DNA of 24,000 nt from an uncultured Dehalococcoidia bacterium (GTDB taxonomy: Bacteria; Chloroflexota; Dehalococcoidia; Lucifugimonadales; Lucifugimonadaceae), in contig OX638325.1 of the NCBI GenBank assembly GCA_951812795.1, positions 1,488,277-1,512,276 on the forward strand, given 5' to 3'. Below the pieces are notes generated by a model that saw only the letters and a list, made by a program, of their open reading frames with translations, was not told the origin of the DNA and ran no database searches. Positions 8,561-16,323 of the stretch are shown in pieces (the stretch's first letter is position 1; each line of letters begins with the position of its first letter). Position numbers and translations under genes: made by a program.

Positions 8561-10144
8561 TCAGACTCTCGGCAAATCCACCTCGTCGCCTGTCGCAGCT
8601 TGCCAGATCCTTATCCGGGCTGCCATGTCGCGAATCCGGTCGCGGTGTTCCGGATCGTCGTACAGGTTGTTCAACTCATGCGGATCCGTGTTTAGGTCGT
8701 ACAGCTCGCATTGATCCGCTGGACAGAGATTTAGTTTCCAGCGATCGGGAGTGATCACCGTCCGCCAGTGCATCGAGGCCATGCGATTAATCTCTGGCGT
8801 CCCCAAGTTGCGATCGCCCATTCCGTTCCACTGCACGAATACGTCGTTGCCGCTCAAGTCCGCATCGCCATTCAACACCGGCGCCAAGCTTTTGCCTTGC
8901 ATCTCCCAACCGTTCGAGCCATTTGAGACCGCCAGTGCGAAGCCGTCGCCCAACAATCCATCGCTCGTCTCTTCTGTACGCGACTCGCTCAGGTCGAGCA
9001 ACGTGGGTACCAGGTCGACAAGCGAAACCGAGCCACTGATCCTTTGTGACTCGCCAGCCTTATCGGGTTCGGACCCGGGCACACGAATGAGCAGCGGGAC
9101 GCGGGACGCCTCTTCATACATCGAGCGTTTCTCCAGCATCCCGTGATCACCAGCCATTTCGCCGTGTTCGCTCGTGAATACGATCACCGTATTGTCAAGC
9201 TGCCCAGTTTCGCGCAGCGCATCAAGCATCTTGCCCACCTGCCGATCCACCAACGTGACGTTGGCGAAGTACTGCGCGCGCAGTCGGCGCCAACCGTCTT
9301 CAGCCGTCAAATCGTGATAGTCGTCGATACCCAGCGGGTTTAATTGGCCAGACATGTAGTAGTCTGCGCGCAGTCGGTTGAGCAGAGAACCGTCGTCAGG
9401 TCGTTTCAAGAACGCCGGGCCGACCGATATATCTTCTGGATCGTAGAGATCATTGAGCGGCCCGGTATAAGGCGGGTGCGGTTCGAAGAACGAGACGTAG
9501 AGCATGAACGGCATGTCGCTGCCCCCTTTACTTTTCCCCCAATCTTTGGGGGAAACACAATGGGGGTAATTCCGGATGAAGTCCGCGGCACTGTCACCCA
9601 AGAAATATGCCTGCGTCTGCTCTTCAGTGAGATCCGCAGTGGCAAACCAGTTTTCGTACGACCGATTAATACCCGGCGGCTCGATACCGTGCTTCCTGAG
9701 ATGATCGTTGTAATGCGCCTCAACGTTTCGATGCTCCCGCTTGGTGGCCCGAACCCGGTGGAAATCTTCCACACTTATCCACTCGTCGAAGCCATGTTGC
9801 TGGATCATGTCGTTGCCAAGGTGCCACTTGCCAAAATAGGCGCAGTAGTAGTCCTCGCTGATACGTTCGGCGATGGTCGGGCAGTCGGCAGGCAACGGGA
9901 TGTTGTTGCGATGGAGACCGACGGCGTGCGGATACAGACCAGTCATAATTGATGCCCGACTCGGCGTGCATACCGGTTGGGTTACGTAGGCGTTATCGAA
10001 TACAAACGATTGGTCGGCGATGCTGTCGAGATTTGGAGTTTCGATCCAGTCGTTGCCGTAACAGGCCAGCGAATCTTGGCGTTGCTGGTCGGTGAGGATG
10101 ACGAGGATGTTTGGCCGGTCGGAGGAGTTGGGAGTAGTTGTCAT
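8561..10144 (-). CDS. Cys-type sulfatase (arylsulfatase A / formylglycine-dependent family)
   Basis: The N-terminus reads PNILVILTDQQRQD, followed by the sulfatase signature CTPSRASIMTGLYPH (the C-x-P-x-R formylglycine site). FGKWHLG and FTSEHGEMAGDHG are also present. No N-terminal signal peptide is visible. Confidence 0.9.
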   Translation of the reverse strand: MTTTPNSSDRPNILVILTDQQRQDSLACYGNDWIETPNLDSIADQSFVFDNAYVTQPVCTPSRASIMTGLYPHAVGLHRNNIPLPADCPTIAERISEDYYCAYFGKWHLGNDMIQQHGFDEWISVEDFHRVRATKREHRNVEAHYNDHLRKHGIEPPGINRSYENWFATADLTEEQTQAYFLGDSAADFIRNYPHCVSPKDWGKSKGGSDMPFMLYVSFFEPHPPYTGPLNDLYDPEDISVGPAFLKRPDDGSLLNRLRADYYMSGQLNPLGIDDYHDLTAEDGWRRLRAQYFANVTLVDRQVGKMLDALRETGQLDNTVIVFTSEHGEMAGDHGMLEKRSMYEEASRVPLLIRVPGSEPDKAGESQRISGSVSLVDLVPTLLDLSESRTEETSDGLLGDGFALAVSNGSNGWEMQGKSLAPVLNGDADLSGNDVFVQWNGMGDRNLGTPEINRMASMHWRTVITPDRWKLNLCPADQCELYDLNTDPHELNNLYDDPEHRDRIRDMAARIRIWQAATGDEVDLPRV

Positions 10145-10254
10145 GTGGCTTTGCGAGTGCTAAGGGCCCCAGAGGGGACACCAAAGGTCGATTAACGTAG
10201 GATTTAGCTTACTACTTTCGATCAACACCCCAGTCGGGCTCAACGCCTTCATTC

Positions 10255-10662
10255 ATGCCTGAAGAACCGACATCTGCACAACCAATCGACGCCGCAAGTG
10301 TGCGTCGCGCACGAAACCCGCGCCGTGAAGAACGTCCGTGGGGATCGTACGAGGTGTTGACTCGTGGCCCGGGTTTTCAGGTGAAGCGGTTGAGCGTCAA
10401 GCCCGAGTGCCGGCTCTCGTATCAATGGCACCGGCACCGGTCCGAGACTTGGACAGTGGCGCGCGGGATTGCCAAGGTGACGATCAACGGCGAAGACCAG
10501 ATGCTCGGCCCATCACAATCGATCTACGTTCCACGCACCCACAAGCACCGGATCGAGAATCCCTCGTCGGTTGAGCCGCTGGAGATTATCGAGGTTCAGA
10601 CGGGGGATTACTTGGGCGAGGATGACATCGTTCGGGAGGCGGATGATTTCGGGCGGGCGTGA
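10255..10662 (+). CDS. Cupin-domain protein, type II phosphomannose isomerase (ManC C-terminal)-like
   Basis: RPWGSYEVL...FQVKRLSVKPECRLSYQWHRHRSETWTV..G...V and YVPRTHKHRIENP match the cupin_2 / mannose-6-phosphate isomerase motif pattern. Confidence 0.75.
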   Translation: MPEEPTSAQPIDAASVRRARNPRREERPWGSYEVLTRGPGFQVKRLSVKPECRLSYQWHRHRSETWTVARGIAKVTINGEDQMLGPSQSIYVPRTHKHRIENPSSVEPLEIIEVQTGDYLGEDDIVREADDFGRA

Positions 10663-10717
10663 ACCGCGGCTCGGCACATGACGCCAATCTGCCTCGCTCA
10701 ACGGTAGACTCGCTCGC

Positions 10718-11179
10718 ATGACCGAGCGCAACAATCATCCGGTAGCCCCTCCCGCCTCCGACGAAGGCACGCGTCGTTCGATGATGTCCAACCGCCGCAC
10801 GGACACGAAGCCCGAGATCGCCTTCCGAAGTATGTTGCACCGTTCCGGACTCCGATTTCGAAAAGATCGCTACGTAAAACTCGAAACTCGAGGCGTCAAA
10901 GTCGACGTCGTGTTCCCGACGCAACGCGTCGCGGTCTTCATCGATGGATGCTTTTGGCACCGCTGTCCCGAGCACGGAACGATGCCAACACGCAACTACG
11001 AATATTGGCTGGCGAAATTCCGAAGGAACATGGACCGGGACGCGGCTAACAATGAAAATCTGCGACGTATCGGTTGGCGCGTGTTGAGGGTTTGGGAGCA
11101 CGAAGTGAAAGACGATGAACTCGCGCAATACGCGGTGGACAGGGTCAAAACTGCGGTTCGACTGGTTGCGAGATCGTAA
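10718..11179 (+). CDS. vsr: Very-short-patch repair endonuclease (Vsr, T:G mismatch endonuclease)
   Basis: SNRRTDTKPEIAFRSMLHRSGLRFR, VDVVFPTQRVAVFIDGCFWHRCPEH, TRNYEYWLAKFRRNMDRD and GWRVLRVWEHEV make a colinear match to the Vsr family signature blocks. Confidence 0.85.
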   Translation: MTERNNHPVAPPASDEGTRRSMMSNRRTDTKPEIAFRSMLHRSGLRFRKDRYVKLETRGVKVDVVFPTQRVAVFIDGCFWHRCPEHGTMPTRNYEYWLAKFRRNMDRDAANNENLRRIGWRVLRVWEHEVKDDELAQYAVDRVKTAVRLVARS

Positions 11180-11264
11180 TCCGTACTAGCAGAAATCGCC
11201 GAAGATATAGAATTTGCAGGCGTTCTCAACGCGCCTGCGGACCTCGCAACACCCGAAAACCCCG

Positions 11265-11930
11265 ATGCCTACCGACCTCAATGAACACCAGATCGTTGCG
11301 ATCCTCGAGTCCGCCTATTCCGGCGCAGTCTACGACGCGATGCGGGAGCTTGGCCTCGATGCCGGCATCTTGCCCAACGACATTCGCCCAGTCGATCCGA
11401 CAACCGTGGTGGTTGGAAAGGTATGGACCTGCAGCGGTGGAATGGTTGATGGGTTGTCGCAAGATGATTCGTTGCTCTCGTGGACAGGTATGCTCAGCGC
11501 CGCCCCTTCAGGCTCAGTGGTCGTCTGCCAACCCAACGACTCGACGATTGCACACATGGGAGAGTTGTCTGCCGAGACTCTCAAATTCCGTGGCGTCAAA
11601 GGCTACGTAGTTGACGGCGGCAACCGCGACACTGATTTCATCCTCAAACTCGGGTTCCCAGTATTCTGCCGATACCTTACGCCGTCAGATATCGTTGCTC
11701 GTTGGCAGGTTCAATCCATGGGCGAACCGATAAAGATCGGCGATGTTCGGATTCAAACCGACGATTTCATCCTTGGCGACCGCGACGGAGTGGTTGTCAT
11801 ACCGGCATCGGCGGCATCCAACGTAGCAAATCTCGTCCACGAAGTGATGAACACCGAGAACCAGCTTCGCAACATGATCTTGAATGGAATGGATCCGCAG
11901 GAAGCGTATATCAAGTTTCAGCGGTTCTAA
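11265..11930 (+). CDS. RraA-family protein (RNase E regulator / 4-hydroxy-4-methyl-2-oxoglutarate aldolase-like)
   Basis: AHMGELSAETLKFRGVKGYVVDGGNRDTDFILKLGFPVFCR and GDRDGVVVIP are typical of the RraA/demethylmenaquinone-methyltransferase-like fold. I prefer ATG 11265 to the track's TTG 11214, which lies inside the hairpin 11216-11238. Confidence 0.7.
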   Translation: MPTDLNEHQIVAILESAYSGAVYDAMRELGLDAGILPNDIRPVDPTTVVVGKVWTCSGGMVDGLSQDDSLLSWTGMLSAAPSGSVVVCQPNDSTIAHMGELSAETLKFRGVKGYVVDGGNRDTDFILKLGFPVFCRYLTPSDIVARWQVQSMGEPIKIGDVRIQTDDFILGDRDGVVVIPASAASNVANLVHEVMNTENQLRNMILNGMDPQEAYIKFQRF

Positions 11931-11932
11931 AG

Positions 11933-12463
11933 ATGAGCGAGCCGGTACAAGAATCACCGAACTTCACCGAAAGCCTCAGAGCGCCCGGGTGGATGTTCGC
12001 ATTCCTTGGCCTGATGCTAGGTGTCACCTCCGGCGTACTGACCGCCGTTGGCATCCGAAGCCTCGGCGACGATCCATTGGTTTCGGGTCCCGAAGCGATG
12101 ATCTTCTACATCAGCTTCGCCATCGCCATTCTCGGAATCGTGTACGTCATGCTAGGTTCGACCCTCATGCAAACGACTGTGACGCCAGAAGGAGTAACCG
12201 TGGGTCTGGGCATATTTGGGACGCACCGCAATTTTGTATGGACCGATATCACCGCGATACGCGCGACCAACCACAACATCGCCCGCCACGGCGGACGCGG
12301 TAACCCATTCGCTCCATCCTCGCGAAAATCATGGACGATGTACGGGATTCGGAGCGGAGTCGAGTTGGAGATCGCGGATGGGAGCAGTAGTCACATCGTG
12401 TTTGTTTCGAGTCTGCGTGGGGATGAGTTGGTCAAGGTTGGCGAAGCGTACTCGCAAGCCTGA
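11933..12463 (+). CDS. Hypothetical membrane protein (two N-terminal TM helices plus a small soluble C-terminal domain)
   Basis: ATG 11933 lies 2 nt after the upstream gene's stop codon. The track's 11702 start overlaps that gene in another frame. The hydrophobic segments are WMFAFLGLMLGVTSGVLTAVGI and MIFYISFAIAILGIVYVMLGS. I do not recognise the family. Confidence 0.55.
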   Translation: MSEPVQESPNFTESLRAPGWMFAFLGLMLGVTSGVLTAVGIRSLGDDPLVSGPEAMIFYISFAIAILGIVYVMLGSTLMQTTVTPEGVTVGLGIFGTHRNFVWTDITAIRATNHNIARHGGRGNPFAPSSRKSWTMYGIRSGVELEIADGSSSHIVFVSSLRGDELVKVGEAYSQA

Positions 12464-12559
12464 AAACGATTGGGCATCACCGCGGAACTCAATCCGCCCC
12501 ACTGCTATCATCACACCCAATCGACGTCGATCCGCGCATCTTGATGGAGCTACACGCCC

Positions 12560-13639
12560 ATGACCACCTCGACTCTCGCCGCAGTTATCTACAAGCAGGG
12601 CGAACCTGCAATCGTCGAATCTTTGGAGCTTGATGACCCGGGACCGGGAGAGGTTATGGTCAATATCGGCGGCACCGGCGTCTGCCACAGCGACCACAAT
12701 GTCTACTCCGGATACAGACACACCGACGCATTGCCGGCCATATTAGGTCACGAGGGTGCTGGCATCGTCGAAAAGATCGGCGCGGATGTTCATGGGCTTG
12801 AACCGGGCGACAAAGTGGTGTTCGCTATTCGCCCGATGTGCGGACGTTGCAAATACTGCTCAACTGGACGTTGGAACCTTTGCGATCCGATCTCGTCGCA
12901 CTCGCCAACCGCACAGTTCCGCAAAAACGGCGCTCAGTACCACGCCGGATTGGCAACATTCGCGGAGCACACCGTGGTTTGGGAGAACAATGTCGTTAAA
13001 GTCGATCCCGACGTCCCGCTCGATCGCGCCGCGCTCGTCGGATGTGCAGTAATCACCGGCGTCGGCGCAGTCGTCAATCGGGCCAAAATCGAAACTGGAT
13101 CGACCGTGGCCGTTTGGGGTTGTGGCGGCGTGGGTCTCAACGTAATTCAAGGCGCGCACCTCTCCGGGGCATTGAGGATCATCGCCGTCGACACCAATCC
13201 CTCCAAGTTCCAATACGCCACGAAGATGGGCGCCACCGACACCGTCGACGCATCCAATGACGATGCCGTAGAGGCGATCCGAGATCTTACTGACGGAGGT
13301 GTTGACTACGCGTTTGAGGTAATCGGACAGCCCGCGACCCTGCGACAAGCGTTAGAAGCTACCTGTGACGGCGGGACGGCGGTTCTTGTCGGCGCGGCCC
13401 CGGACGGCGGCGAGGTCATGATCCCGATGCGCCATCTGTTTCTCGACCGTGCTTTAATCGGATGCAGTGCCGGTACCGGAAGTCCTAGGCACGATTTCCA
13501 GTGGCTGATCGCTCTGTATCAGCAGGGTCGGTTGAACCTCGACGACTTAGTTACGCGGACGCGTCCGTTGACGGAGGTTAACGAGGCATTTAGGGATATG
13601 GAGGCCGGTGCGGTCGCGCGGACAGTGTTGGTGCCCTGA
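12560..13639 (+). CDS. Zinc-dependent alcohol dehydrogenase (MDR family, class III / formaldehyde-dehydrogenase-like)
   Basis: The catalytic-zinc region is GVCHSDHNVYSG...LGHEGAGIVEKIG and the structural-zinc Cys cluster is CGRCKYCSTGRWNLC. The Rossmann motif is VAVWGCGGVGLNVIQG. Confidence 0.85.
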   Translation: MTTSTLAAVIYKQGEPAIVESLELDDPGPGEVMVNIGGTGVCHSDHNVYSGYRHTDALPAILGHEGAGIVEKIGADVHGLEPGDKVVFAIRPMCGRCKYCSTGRWNLCDPISSHSPTAQFRKNGAQYHAGLATFAEHTVVWENNVVKVDPDVPLDRAALVGCAVITGVGAVVNRAKIETGSTVAVWGCGGVGLNVIQGAHLSGALRIIAVDTNPSKFQYATKMGATDTVDASNDDAVEAIRDLTDGGVDYAFEVIGQPATLRQALEATCDGGTAVLVGAAPDGGEVMIPMRHLFLDRALIGCSAGTGSPRHDFQWLIALYQQGRLNLDDLVTRTRPLTEVNEAFRDMEAGAVARTVLVP

Positions 13640-13656
13640 GCACCCAACCGCTCGAA

Positions 13657-13866
13657 TCAATCACCGCTCGCGCTGACCTGGCTCTGAAAACCGGTGCGGA
13701 TGTGAGAATTGTCGCAGTAGGGCTTGGTGTTGGAGATACCGCATCGGCAGAGCCGAACTTTTCCGTGTTGCTTGAACTCGCCACCTTCAGAATCGCGCAA
13801 CTCGAAATCTCCGACCACCTGTAAGGCGTCGTTATTCCAGACGTATATGCGGGTTGGTTCGGTCAC
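13657..13866 (-). CDS. CDGSH-type iron-sulfur domain protein (variant CDNSH)
   Basis: This 69-aa product carries CRCGISNTKPYCDNSH, which matches C-x-C-x2-S-x3-P-x-C-D-x-S-H. It starts 3 nt after the stop of the upstream CDGSH gene. Confidence 0.75.
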   Translation of the reverse strand: MTEPTRIYVWNNDALQVVGDFELRDSEGGEFKQHGKVRLCRCGISNTKPYCDNSHIRTGFQSQVSASGD

Positions 13867-13869
13867 GAT

Positions 13870-14067
13870 TTATGCCCTGCAAGCGTCGCTGAAACCGGCT
13901 AGGTTGTGTGATCCGTCGCAGAACGGCTTTTCCTCAGACTGCCCGCAACGGCACAGGTATGCCTCGCCTTGAACGGGAAACTCGTTGCCATCCGCATCGG
14001 AGACGACGAAATTGCCGCTGACCCAATACGGTCCGTTGTCGGATGTTGTCACTGTGGTGTCTGCCAT
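13870..14067 (-). CDS. CDGSH-type iron-sulfur domain protein
   Basis: This 65-aa product carries CRCGQSEEKPFCDGSH, an exact match to the canonical CDGSH 2Fe-2S motif. Confidence 0.8.
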   Translation of the reverse strand: MADTTVTTSDNGPYWVSGNFVVSDADGNEFPVQGEAYLCRCGQSEEKPFCDGSHNLAGFSDACRA

Positions 14068-14271
14068 CTAATTACTCTCCCGCTCTGGAGCGTTTTTGGC
14101 GCTGGAATGTTCTTGTAACCGCATTGTAACGCGTATCATTCCATGAGACTATTGTCCCGCCATTCTCGTTGGAGGGATCTTGGATCGGTAGGGGCAGGTT
14201 TCAAATCTGGCCTATGGCGTTCCGGCATTCAAGGAAATGACTTGGTTTGGCGCGATACGACCGCGAATATC

Positions 14272-14296
14272 CCCTCTCCCGCTCGGCGGGAGAGGG
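14272..14296. repeat. REP-like GC-rich hairpin in the 5' intergenic region
   Basis: CCCTCTCCCGC (14272-14282) pairs perfectly with GCGGGAGAGGG (14286-14296) around a 3-nt loop. TTAGGGTGAGGG follows immediately. A partial copy of the left arm (CCCCTCTCCCGG) occurs at 671-682. Confidence 0.5.
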
Positions 14297-14312
14297 TTAG
14301 GGTGAGGGCACT

Positions 14313-15470
14313 ATGAAAATCACTGAAATCAAAACCTTCCTGATGTCCGGAGGCGGCAGCCGCAATTGGTGCTTCGTTAAGGTCTACACCGATGCGGGGA
14401 TTTATGGAGTTGGCGAGGGTTCAGGTTGGCCGCGTGTGGTCCAGACGGGGGTGGAGGATCTGGCCAACATCGTCGTGGGTGAGGATCCGACCGATATCGA
14501 GCGACTGCATCAGCAAATGATCGTGGCGATCATGGGCCATGGAATGACGGGAACGCCAGGGTCTGGCGCGATCAACGCGATCGACATGGCCCTCTGGGAC
14601 ATCAAAGGCAAAGTGTTGAACACGCCAGTATGGAACCTGATCGGCGGAAGGGTTCGCAAACGGATACGCACGTATGCTCATGCCGGAACGCCAGAACGCG
14701 CGCTCGAGATGCGCGACCGCGGGATCACCGGCGTGAAGACCGGCGGAGTTTATCGGACGGTCGAACGAGTCGAAGCTATCCGGCACGCGGTGGGCGATGA
14801 GATGGACATTATGGTCGACGCTCATGGTCCGCCGTGGTTCACTGCCAAAGACGCCATCATCGTCGGCAAAGGGTTGGAGCCCTACAATCTGCTGTTCTAC
14901 GAAGACCCGGTGCCGCCGGAAAACACTGAGGCGATGCGGCGGGTTCAGGAAAATGTCGATATTCCGATTGCAGCCGGGGAGCGACATTCTTATCTCTGGG
15001 GAGTCCGCGAAATCATCGAGGACGAGATCGTAGATGTTGTGCAACCAGATTCCGGTCGAATCGGCGGTATCACGCAGTTGAAGAAGATCGCAGCGTTGGC
15101 AGAGGCGCACTACATCAACGTTGCTCCGCACTCAGGGACGTTGGGCCCGGTGGCCGAATATGCCGCGATTCACATCTTGGCGGCAATTCCGAACGCGTTG
15201 ATACTGGAGCGCTTGGAGGACGATGTGCCGCAGCGGTACGAGGTGATCCTGCCGCATCTGCCGACGGTTGATGGCTACATCACGGTGCCTGAAAAGCCAG
15301 GCTTAGGTGTTGATTTCGACGAGGATGTCGTGGCGGCGAACCCGCCCGAACCGAACGTACGAACCGGTCCAGATCCGTCGAGTGGACACTACGAGTTTGG
15401 CACCGACGAGGAATATGTCTACTACCAGCAGCGGTACCGCCGAGGACGGGAATTGCCGCGTCTTAAGTGA
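14313..15470 (+). CDS. Enolase-superfamily enzyme, mandelate racemase/muconate-lactonizing family (galactonate-dehydratase-like acid-sugar dehydratase)
   Basis: The N-terminus MKITEIKTFLM...NWCFVKVYTDAGIYGVGEG is capping-domain-like. AIDMALWDIKGK is present. The metal-ligand series is MVDAHG, FYEDP, AAGER, followed by VVQPD. Confidence 0.85.
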   Translation: MKITEIKTFLMSGGGSRNWCFVKVYTDAGIYGVGEGSGWPRVVQTGVEDLANIVVGEDPTDIERLHQQMIVAIMGHGMTGTPGSGAINAIDMALWDIKGKVLNTPVWNLIGGRVRKRIRTYAHAGTPERALEMRDRGITGVKTGGVYRTVERVEAIRHAVGDEMDIMVDAHGPPWFTAKDAIIVGKGLEPYNLLFYEDPVPPENTEAMRRVQENVDIPIAAGERHSYLWGVREIIEDEIVDVVQPDSGRIGGITQLKKIAALAEAHYINVAPHSGTLGPVAEYAAIHILAAIPNALILERLEDDVPQRYEVILPHLPTVDGYITVPEKPGLGVDFDEDVVAANPPEPNVRTGPDPSSGHYEFGTDEEYVYYQQRYRRGRELPRLK

Positions 15471-16128
15471 GGTGGGCGTCGCGTTTGCGCACCAAGGTGA
15501 TGCCATCTCGAATGGTGAGCATCACGTTGTTGACCCGGTCGTCGCTTTGGATGATTTCGTTCATCGACTGAACCGCACGAGTCGATGCCGCACGCGGGTT
15601 GTCATCGGCTACGGGCTCCAGAACTCGACCGCCTTGGAAGACGTTATCAATGACGATAATTCCGCGGGGCGAGAGTAGGTTTAGGGACTTTTCGTAGTAG
15701 ACCGGATAGTTGTCTTTATCGGCGTCGATGAAGACGACATCGAAACCGGCTTCGAGAGTATCGAGGGTTTCGGCTGCGGGCCCTAGAATGAGTTGGATTT
15801 TGCTTCCGGCTGGGTGCTTTGCCCAGTGTTTGCGGGCGATGCTTGTGAATTCATCGCTGACGTCGAGGGTGATGAGTTCACCGTCTTCGGGGAGAGCGGT
15901 GGCCATCATCAGTGCACTGTAACCGACGAATGTTCCGATTTCAAGAACGCGTTTGGCTCCCGAGATGGTTACGAGGGTATTGAGAAAGTACCCAACGGTG
16001 CGGCCCGACATCATGCCAGCGGAGGGAGTTGTCTGCGCATCATTGGCGATGGCGTCGAAAATGCTGTCGGGGATCGTAGTGTGGATCTCGGCGTAGTCGG
16101 CGATTTCCGCTTTTGATGGGCTTTGCAT
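15463..16128 (-). CDS. Class I SAM-dependent O-methyltransferase (caffeoyl-CoA OMT-like, family 3)
   Basis: VLEIGTFVGYSALMMA, LITLDVS, FDVVFIDADKDNY and LLSPRGIIVIDNV form the typical cation-dependent OMT pattern. I place the start at ATG 16128 (MQSPSK...) rather than the track's 16203. Confidence 0.8.
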   Translation of the reverse strand: MQSPSKAEIADYAEIHTTIPDSIFDAIANDAQTTPSAGMMSGRTVGYFLNTLVTISGAKRVLEIGTFVGYSALMMATALPEDGELITLDVSDEFTSIARKHWAKHPAGSKIQLILGPAAETLDTLEAGFDVVFIDADKDNYPVYYEKSLNLLSPRGIIVIDNVFQGGRVLEPVADDNPRAASTRAVQSMNEIIQSDDRVNNVMLTIRDGITLVRKRDAHLT

Positions 16129-16323
16129 GGTTGGTCTTTCTTCCGTGATCGTTGGTCCGGATGCAGTAGATGGAATAGTAACGCCTCCGTTTAACTCGAA
16201 CACGGCATGTCGAGTCTGCTCAGATACACATCGCCTCGATTTTGTTTATGGTTGATAGATGCAAATCGATGAGCGCCGGAGTTGGTGCGAGCGAAGAATA
16301 TTGATGGAGCGAGGATAGGATAG

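Noticed and set aside
9344-9952. 202-aa plus-strand ORF inside the sulfatase gene. Comparable antisense ORFs are 10586-11128, 12860-13348, 14421-15131, 20507-21031 and 21910-22419.
   Set aside because: All are shadow ORFs of strongly supported genes on the other strand. None shows a family signature.
11702-11932. Track-predicted 77-codon N-terminal extension of the membrane protein, overlapping the RraA-like gene.
   Set aside because: It overlaps a supported gene in another frame with an Arg/Ser-rich translation. The ATG at 11933 just after the upstream stop gives a sensible N-terminus.
14193-14212. GGCAGGTTTCAAATCTGGCC, which resembles a tRNA T-arm (GGTTCAAATCC). I considered a tRNA gene or an integration-site remnant.
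   Set aside because: The stem has a mismatch and the loop carries an extra T. I could not fold the flanking sequence into acceptor, D or anticodon arms, and no integrase is nearby.
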